Origin: Utricularia gibba
Lineage: Eukaryota; Plantae; Magnoliophyta
NCBI GenBank assembly: GCA_002189035.1
Contig: NEEC01000277.1
Location: 1 to 23,067 of the forward strand
DNA length: 23,067 nt
Reading direction: 5' to 3'
Shown here one piece after another: positions 12,611 to 21,900 of this stretch. Below the pieces are notes generated by a model. The model was given only the letters and a program-made list of their open reading frames with translations. It had not been told where the DNA came from and ran no database searches. Each line of letters opens with the position of its first letter. Within the stretch, counting starts at the first letter, position 1. A program made the translations under genes and the position numbers.

Positions 12611-15600
12611 CCCCAAGACCGCCTCCTCAAGTATAAAGTAAGTTGTTGAAAAAATCATGTGGGTGCACGTGATATCGTAATTTAAACAAAGGCATCATTT
12701 TTTTTAATCGATTTCCATCCGGTTGACCTCATGAGCCATACAGAATCGGGGTCAAGGACCAAGTTCCCAGCGAGACTGGCCGCCACAAAACGAGAAGCTG
12801 TTCCTTGAAAAACCATGTAGGCAGCCCCCGAAAACTGAACGTTAATAAATACATCACTTTATTTGCCGAGCTACAACTAACTCTCGGCGCAAGCCAAACC
12901 TGACCTTTGTCCCGTTCTAGGTGCACCCCAAGACCGCCTCCTCAAGTATAAAGTAAGTTGTTGAAAAAATCATGTGGGGTGCACGTGATATCGTAATTTA
13001 AAAAGGCATCATTTTTTTAATCGATTTGCATCCGGTTGACCTCATGAGCCATACAGAATCGGGGTCAAGGACCAAGTTCCCAGCGAGACTGGCCGCCACA
13101 AAACGAGAAGCTGTTCCTTGAAAAACCATGTAGGCAGCCCCCGAAAACTGAACGTTAATAAATACATCACTTTATTTGCCGAGCTACAACTAACTCTCGG
13201 CGCAAGCCAAACCTGACCTTTGTCCCGTTCTAGGTGCACCCCAAGACCGCCTCCTCAAGTATAAAGTAAGTTGTTGAAAAAATCATGTGGGGTGCACGTG
13301 ATATCGTAATTTAAACAAAGGCATCATTTTCTTTAATCGATTTGCATCCGGTTGACCTCATGAGCCATACAGAATCGGGGTCAAGGACCAAGTTCCCAGC
13401 GAGACTGGCCGCCACAAAACGAGAAGCTGTTCCTTGAAAAACCATGTAGGCAGCCCCCGAAAACTGAACGTTAATAAATACATCACTTTATTTGCCGAGC
13501 TACAACTAACTCTCGGCGCAAGCCAAACCTGACCTTTGTCCCGTTCTAGGTGCACCCCAAGACCGCCTCCTCAAGTATAAAGTAAGTTGTTGAAAAAATC
13601 ATGTGGGGTGCACGTGATATCGTAATTTAAACAAAGGCATCATTTTTTTAATCGATTTCCATCCGGTTGACCTCATGAGCCATACAGAATCGGGGTCAAG
13701 GACCAAGTTCCCAGCGAGACTGGCCGCCACAAAACGAGAAGCTGTTCCTTGAAAAACCATGTAGGCAGCCCCCGAAAACTGAACGTTAATAAATACATCA
13801 CTTTATTTGCCGAGCTACAACTAACTCTCGGCGCAAGCCAAACCTGACCTTTGTCCCGTTCTAGGTGCACCCCAAGACCGCCTCCTCAAGTATAAAGTAA
13901 GTTGTTGAAAAAATCATGTGGGGTGCACGTGATATCGTAATTTAAACAAAGGCATCATTTTTTTTAATCGATTTCCATCCGGTTGACCTCATGAGCCATA
14001 CAGAATCGGGGTCAAGGACCAAGTTCCCAGCGAGACTGGCCGCCACAAAACGAGAAGCTGTTCCTTGAAAAACCATGTAGGCAGCCCCCGAAAACTGAAC
14101 GTTAATAAATACATCACTTTATTTGCCGAGCTACAACTAACTCTCGGCGCAAGCCAAACCTGACCTTTGTCCCGTTCTAGGTGCACCCCAAGACCGCCTC
14201 CTCAAGTATAAAGTAAGTTGTTGAAAAAATCATGTGGGGTGCACGTGATATCGTAATTTAAACAAAGGCATCATTTTTTTTAATCGATTTCCATCCGGTT
14301 GACCTCATGAGCCATACAGAATCGGGGTCAAGGACCAAGTTCCCAGCGAGACTGGCCGCCACAAAACGAGAAGCTGTTCCTTGAAAAACCATGTAGGCAG
14401 CCCCCGAAAACTGAACGTTAATAAATACATCACTTTATTTGCCGAGCTACAACTAACTCTCGGCGCAAGCCAAACCTGACCTTTGTCCCGTTCTAGGTGC
14501 ACCCCAAGACCGCCTCCTCAAGTATAAAGTAAGTTGTTGAAAAAATCATGTGGGGTGCACGTGATATCGTAATTTAAACAAAGGCATCATTTTTTTAATC
14601 GATTTGCATCCGGTTGACCTCATGAGCCATACATAATCGGGGTCAAGGACCAAGTTCCCAGCGAGACTGGCCGCCACAAAACGAGAAGCTGTTCCTTGAA
14701 AAACCATGTAGGCAGCCCCCGAAAACTGAACGTTAATAAATACATCACTTTATTTTCCGAGCTACAACTAACTCTCGGCGCAAGCCAAACCTGACCTTTG
14801 TCCCGTTCTAGGTGCACCCCAAGACCGCCTCCTCAAGTATAAAGTAAGTTGTTGAAAAAATCATGTGGGGTGCACGTGATATCGTAATTTAAACAAAGGC
14901 ATCATTTTTTTTAATCGATTTGCATCCGGTTGACCTCATGAGCCATACAAGGAATCGGGGTCAAGGACCAAGTTCCCAGCGAGACTGGCCGCCACAAAAC
15001 GAGAAGCTGTTCCTTGAAAAACCATGTAGGCAGCCCCCAAAACTGAACGTTAATAAATACATCACTTTATTTTCCGAGCTACAACTAACTCTCGGCGCAA
15101 GCCAAACCTGACCTTTGTCCCGTTCTAGGTGCACCCCAAGACCGCCTCCTCAAGTATAAAGTAAGTTGTTGAAAAAATCATGTGGGGTGCACGTGATATC
15201 GTAATTTAAACAAAGGCATCATTTTTTTTAATCGATTTGCATCCGGTTGACCTCATGAGCATACATAATCGGGGTCAAGGACCAAGTTCCCAGCGAGACT
15301 GGCCGCCACAAAACGAGAAGCTGTTCCTTGAAAAACCATGTAGGCAGCCCCCCAAAACTGAACGTTAATAAATACATCACTTTATTTTCCGAGCTACAAC
15401 TAACTCTCGGCGCAAGCCAAACCTGACCTTTGTCCCGTTCTAGGTGCACCCCAAGACCGCCTCCTCAAGTATAAAGTAAGTTGTTGAAAAAATCATGTGG
15501 GGTGCACGTGATATCGTAATTTAAACAAAGGCATCATTTTTTTAATCGATTTGCATCCGGTTGACCTCATGAGCCATACATAATCGGGGTCAAGGACCAA

Positions 15601-16077
15601 GTTCCCAGCGAGACTGGCCGCCACAAAACGAGAAGCTGTTCCTTGAAAAACCATGTAGGCAGCCCCCGAAAAACTGAACGTTAATAAATACATCACTTTA
15701 TTTGCCGAGCTACAACTAACTCTCGGCGCAAGCCAAACCTGACCTTTGTCCCGTTCTAGGTGCACCCCAAGACCGCCTCCTCAAGTATAAAGTAAGTTGT
15801 TGAAAAAATCATGTGGGGTGCACGTGATATCGTAATTTAAACAAAGGCATCATTTTTTTAATCGATTTGCATCCGGTTGACCTCATGAGCCATACAGAAT
15901 CGGGGTCAAGGACCAAGTTCCCAGCGAGACTGGCCGCCACAAAACGAGAAGCTGTTCCTTGAAAAACCATGTAGGCAGCCCCCGAAAACTGAACGTTAAT
16001 AAATACATCACTTTATTTGCCGCTACAACTAACTCTCGGCGCAAGCCAAACCTGACCTTTGTCCCGTTCCAGGTGCA

Positions 16078-18911
16078 CCCAAGACCGCCTCCACCATGTG
16101 GGTGCACGTGATATCGTAATTTAAACAAAGGCATCATTTTTTTAATCGATTTGCATCCGGTTGACCTCATGAGCATATAAAAGGACCAAGTTCCCAGCGA
16201 GACTGGCCGCCACAAAACGAGAAGCTGTTCCTTGAAAAACCATGTAGGCAGTGAGGCGTGACACGTCCTCAAGTATAAAGTAAGTTGTTGAAAAAATCAT
16301 GTAATTTAATTTAAACAAAGGCATCATTTTTTTAATCGATTTGCATCCGGTTGACCTCATGAGCATACATAATCGGGGTCAAGGACCAAGTTCCCAGCGA
16401 GACTGGCCGCCACAAAACGAGAAGCTGTTCCTTGAAAAACCATGTAGGCAGCCCCCGAAAACTGAACGTTAATAAATACATCACTTTATTTGCCGAGCTA
16501 CAACTAACTCTCGGCGCAAGCCAAACCTGACCTTTGTCCCGTTCTAGGTGCACCCCAAGACCGCCTCCTCAAGTATAAAGTAAGTTGTTGAAAAAATCAT
16601 GTGGGGTGCACGTGATATCGTAATTTAAACAAAGGCATCCGGTTGACCTCATTACATAATCGGGTCAAGGACCAAGTTCCCAGCGAGACTGGCCGCCACA
16701 AAACGAGAAGCTGTTCCTTGAAAAACCATGTAGGCAGCGAAAACTGAACGTTAATAAATACATCACTTTATTTGCCGAGCTACAACTAACTCTCGGCGCA
16801 AGCCAAACCTGACCTTTGTCCCGTTCTAGGTGCACCCCAAGACCGCCTCCTCAAGTCATGTGGGGTGCACGTGATATCGTAATTTAAACAAAGGCATCAT
16901 TTTTTTAATCGATTTGCAGGTTGACCTCATGAGCGAATCGAAGGACCAAGTTCCCAGCGAGACTGGCCGCCACAAAACGAGAAGCTGTTCCTTGAAAAAC
17001 CATGTAGGCAGCCCCCGAAAACTGAACGTTAATAAATACATCACTTTATTTCCGAGCTACAACTAACTCTCGGCGCAAGCCAAACCTGACTTTGTCCCGT
17101 TCTAGGTGCACCCCAAGACCGCCTCCTCAAGTATAAAGTAAGTTGTTGAAAAAATCATGTGGGGTGCACGTGATATCGTAATTTAAACAAAGGCGCATCC
17201 GGTTGACCTCATGAGCCATACATAATCGGGGTCAAGGACCAAGTTCCCAGCGAGACTGGCCGCCACAGAGAAGCTGTTCCTTGAAAAACCATGTAGGCAG
17301 CCCCCAAAACTGAACGTTAATAAATACATCACTTTATTTCCGAGCTACAACTAACTCTCGCACCCCAAGGTGCACCCCAAGACCGCCTCCTCAAGTATAA
17401 AGTAAGTTGTTGAAAAAATCATGTGGGGTGCACGTGATATCGTAATTTAAACAAAGGCATCATTTTTAATTTATCATCGAGGGTCATCCGTGATGATCAT
17501 GAATTTAAAGAACGGCATCATTTTCCAATCGTTTTCCATCAGGTTGACCTCATGAGCCATACAGAATCGGGGTCCAAGAACCGAGAAGCTGTTCCTTGAA
17601 AAACCATGTAGGCAGCCCCCGAACTGAACGCCACAAAACGAGATGTATACATCACTTGAATTTAAACCATGTAGGCAACTAACTCCCCCAAAAACTGAAA
17701 CCTGTTAATTAAATACATCACTTATTTGCCGAGTTACAACTAACTCTCGGCGCAAGCCAAACCTGACCTTTGTCCCGTTCCAGGTGCACCCCAAGACCGC
17801 CTCCACAAGTATAAAGTAAGTTGTTGAAAAAATCATGTGGGGTGCACGTGATATCGTAATTTAAACAAAGGCATCATTTTTTTAATCGATTTCCATCCGG
17901 TTGACCTCATGAGCCATACAGAATCGGGGTCAAGGACCAAGTTCCCAGCGAGACTGGCCGCCACAAAACGAGAAGCTGTTCCTTGAAAAACCATGTAGGC
18001 AGCCCCCAAAAACTGAACGTTAATAAATACATCACTTTATTTTCCGAGCTACAACTAACTCTCGGCGCAAGCCAAACCTGACCTTTGTCCCGTTCAGGTG
18101 CACCCCAAGACCGCCTCCTCAAGTATAAAGTAAGTTGTTGAAAAAATCATGTGGGGTGCACGTGATATCGTAATTTAAACAAAGGCATCATTTTCTTTAA
18201 TCGATTTGCATCCGGTTGACCTCATGAGCCATACATAATCGGGGTCAAGGACCAAGTTCCCAGCGAGACTGGCCGCCACAAAAACGAGAAGCTGTTCCTT
18301 GAAAAACCATGTAGGCAGCCCCCGAAAACTGAACGTTAATAAATACATCACTTTATTTGCCGAGCTACAACTAACTCTCGGCAAGCCAAACCTGACCTTT
18401 GTCCCGTTCTAGGTGCACCCCAAGACCGCCTCCTCAAGTATAAAGTAAGTTGTTGAAAAAATCATGTGGGGTGCACGTGATATCGTAATTTAAACAAAGG
18501 CATCATTTTCTTTAATCGATTTGCCACCTCCCATACATAATCGGTTTCCCAGCGAGACTGGCCGCCACAAAACGAGAAGCTGTTCCTTGAAAAACCATGT
18601 AGGCAGCCCCCGATAACATAAATACGAGGGTGACAGGTGCACCCCAAGACCGCCTCCTCAAGTATAAAGTAAGTTGTTGAAAAAATCATGTGGGGTGCAC
18701 GTGATATCGTAATTTAAACAAAGGCATCATTTTTTTTAATCAATTTGCATCCGAGACCATGGCCGTTCCCACAGAAACGAGAAGCTGTTCCTTGAAAAAC
18801 CATGTAGGCAGCCCCCGAAAACTGAACGTTAATAAATACATCACTTTATTTTCCGAGCTACAACTAACTCTCGGCGCAAGCCAAACCTGACCTTTGTCCC
18901 GTTCAGGTGCA
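16078..18911. repeat. Degenerate zone 2: monomers with internal deletions and scrambled segments
   Basis: Unit lengths include ~282, 276, 264, 414, 224 and 270 bp. Short non-consensus patches at 16251-16266, 17466-17530, 17621-17720, 18613-18635 and 18754-18776. Confidence 0.85.
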
Positions 18912-21900
18912 CCCCAAGACCGCCTCCTCAAGTATAAAGCAAGTTGTTGAAAAAATCATGTGGGGTGCACGTGATATCGTAATTTAAACAAAGGCATCAT
19001 TTTTTAATCGATTTGCATCCGGTTGACCTCATGAGCAATACATAATCGGGTCAAGGACCAAGTTCCCAGCGAGACTGGCCGCCACAAAACGAGAAGCTGT
19101 TCCTTGAAAAACCATGTAGGCAGCCCCCGAAAACTGAACGTTAATAAATACATCACTTTATTTGCCGAGCTACAACTAACTCTCGGCGCAAGCCAAACCT
19201 GACCTTTGTCCCGTTCTAGGTGCACCCCAAGACCGCCTCCTCAAGTATAAAGTAAGTTGTTGAAAAAATCATGTGGGGTGCACGTGATATCGTAATTTAA
19301 ACAAAGGCATCATTTTTTAATCGATTTGCATCCGGTTGACCTCATGAGCAATACATAATCGGGTCAAGGACCAAGTTCCCAGCGAGACTGGCCGCCACAA
19401 AACGAGAAGCTGTTCCTTGAAAAACCATGTAGGCAGCCCCAAAAACTGAACGTTAATAAATACATCACTTTATTTGCCGAGCTACAACTAACTCTCGGCG
19501 CAAGCCAAACCTGACCTTTGTCCCGTTCTAGGTGCACCCCAAGACCGCCTCCTCAAGTATAAAGTAAGTTGTTGAAAAAATCATGTGGGGTGCACGTGAT
19601 ATCGTAATTTAAACAAAGGCATCATTTTTTTAATCGATTTGCATCCGGTTGACCTCATGAGCAATACAGAATCGGGGTCAAGGACCAAGTTCCCAGCGAG
19701 AGACTGGCCGCCACAAAAACGAGAAGCTGTTCCTTGAAAAACCATGTAGGCAGCCCCCAAAACTGAACGTTAATAAATACATCACTTTATTTGCCGAGTT
19801 ACAACTAACTCTCGGCGCAAGCCAAACCTGACCTTTGTCCCGTTCCAGGTGCACCCAAGACCGCCTCCACAAGTATAAAGCAAGTTGTTGAAAAAATCAT
19901 GTGGGGTGCACGTGATATCGTAATTTAAAGAAAGGCATCATTTTCTTTAATCGATTTCATCCGGTTGACCTCATGAGCCATACAGAATCGGGGTCAAGGA
20001 CCAAGTTCCCAGCGAGACTGGCCGCCACAAAACGAGAAGCTGTTCCTTGAAAAACCATGTAGGCAGCCCCCAAAACTGAACGTTAATAAATACATCACTT
20101 TATTTGCCGTGTTACAACTAACTCTCGTGATATCGTAATTTAAACAAAAGCATCATTTTTTTAATCGATTTGCATCCGGTTGACCTCATGAGCCATACAT
20201 AATCGGGTCAAGGACCAAGTTCCCAGCGAGACTGGCCGCCACAAAACGAGAAGCTGTTCCTTGAAAAACCATGTAGGCAGCCCCCAAAACTGAACGTTAA
20301 TAAATACATCACTTTATTTGCCGAGCTACAACTAACTCTCGGCGCAAGCCAAACCTGACCTTTGTCCCGTTCCAGGTGCACCCCAAGACCGCCTCCCAAG
20401 TATAAAGCAAGTTGTTGAAAAAATCATGTGGGGTGCACGTGATATCGTAATTTAAAGAAAGCATCATTTTCTTTAATCGATTTGCATCCGGTTGACCTCA
20501 TGAGCCATACATAATCGGGGTCAAGGACCAAGTTCCCAGCGAGACTGGCCGCCACAAAACGAGAAGCTGTTCCTTGAAAAACCATGTAGGCAGCCCCCGA
20601 AAACTGAACGTTAATAAATACATCACTTTATTTGCCGAGCTACAACTAACTCTCGGCGCAAGCCAAACCTGACCTTTGTCCCGTTCTAGGTGCACCCCAA
20701 GACCGCCTCCTCAAGTATAAAGTAAGTTGTTGAAAAAATCATGTGGGTGCACGTGATATCGTAATTTAAACAAATCATTTTTTTTAATCGATTTGCATCC
20801 GGTTGACCTCATGAGCCATAAATCGGGGTCAAGGACCAAGTTCCCAGCGAGACTGGCCGCCACAAAACGAGAAGCTGTTCCTTGAAAAACCATGTAGGCA
20901 GCCCCCGAAAACTGAACGTTAATAAATACATCACTTTATTTTCCGTTACAACTAACTCTCGGCGCAAGCCAAACCTGACCTTTGTCCCGTTCAGGTGCAC
21001 CCCAAGACCGCCTCCTCAAGTATAAAGTAAGTTGTTGAAAAAATCATGTGGGGTGCACGTGATATCGTAATTTAAAGAAAGCATCATTTTCTTTAATCGA
21101 TTTCCATCCGGTTGACCTCATGAGCCATACAGAATCGGGTCAAGGACCAAGTTCCCAGCGAGACTGGCCGCCACAAAACGAGAAGCTGTTCCTTGAAAAA
21201 CCATGTAGGCAGCCCCCGAAAACTGAACGTTAATAAATACATCACTTTATTTGCCGAGCTACAACTAACTCTCGGCGCAAGCCAAACCTGACCTTTGTCC
21301 CGTTCCAGGTGCACCCCAAGACCGCCTCCTCAAGTATAAAGTAAGTTGTTGAAAAAATCATGTGGGGTGCACGTGATATCGTAATTTAAAAAAAGCATCA
21401 TTTTTTTAATCGATTTGCATCCGGTTGACCTCATGAGCATACATAATCGGGGTCAAGGACCAAGTTCCCAGCGAGACTGGCCGCCACAAAACGAGAAGCT
21501 GTTCCTTGAAAAACCATGTAGGCAGCCCCCGAAAACTGAACGTTAATAAATACATCACTTTATTTCCGAGCTACAACTAACTCTCGGCGCAAGCCAAACC
21601 TGACCTTTGTCCCGTTCTAGGTGCACCCCAAGACCGCCTCCTCAAGTATAAAGTAAGTTGTTGAAAAAATCATGTGGGTGCACGTGATATCGTAATTTAA
21701 AAAAGGCATCATTTTTTTTAATCAATTTGCATCCGGTTGACCTCATGAGCAATACATAATCGGGGTCAAGGACCAAGTTCCCAGCGAGACTGGCCGCCAC
21801 AAAACGAGAAGCTGTTCCTGAAAAACCATGTAGGCAGCCCCCGAAAACTGAACGTTAATAAATACATCACTTTATTTGCCGAGCTACAACTAACTCTCGG

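Larger units (their letters stand above)
9152..14501. repeat. Homogenised core block: 17 near-identical monomers
   Basis: All copies carry ccTcaag, aaagTaag, caGaatc, gccgagC and cTagg. They differ only at tttG/Ccatcc, ttttT/Cttt, aaaC/G/-aaa, T-run length and a few 1-2 nt gaps. Confidence 0.9.

Noticed and set aside
12595-12611. CENP-B box around gaacggga on the minus strand
   Set aside because: Only about 6 of the 9 essential positions of NTTCGNNNNANNCGGGN match; the TTCG half is missing.
12630-12660. Sigma70 promoter on the minus strand (TATACT -10 box)
   Set aside because: The -35 candidate (ATGATT) matches only 3/6, and the -10 box abuts the SD-like motif, so a transcript would start inside it.
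17461-17760. Foreign insertion or transposon remnant
   Set aside because: Every segment can be traced to the monomer in one of two shifted registers; no terminal repeats or target-site duplication.
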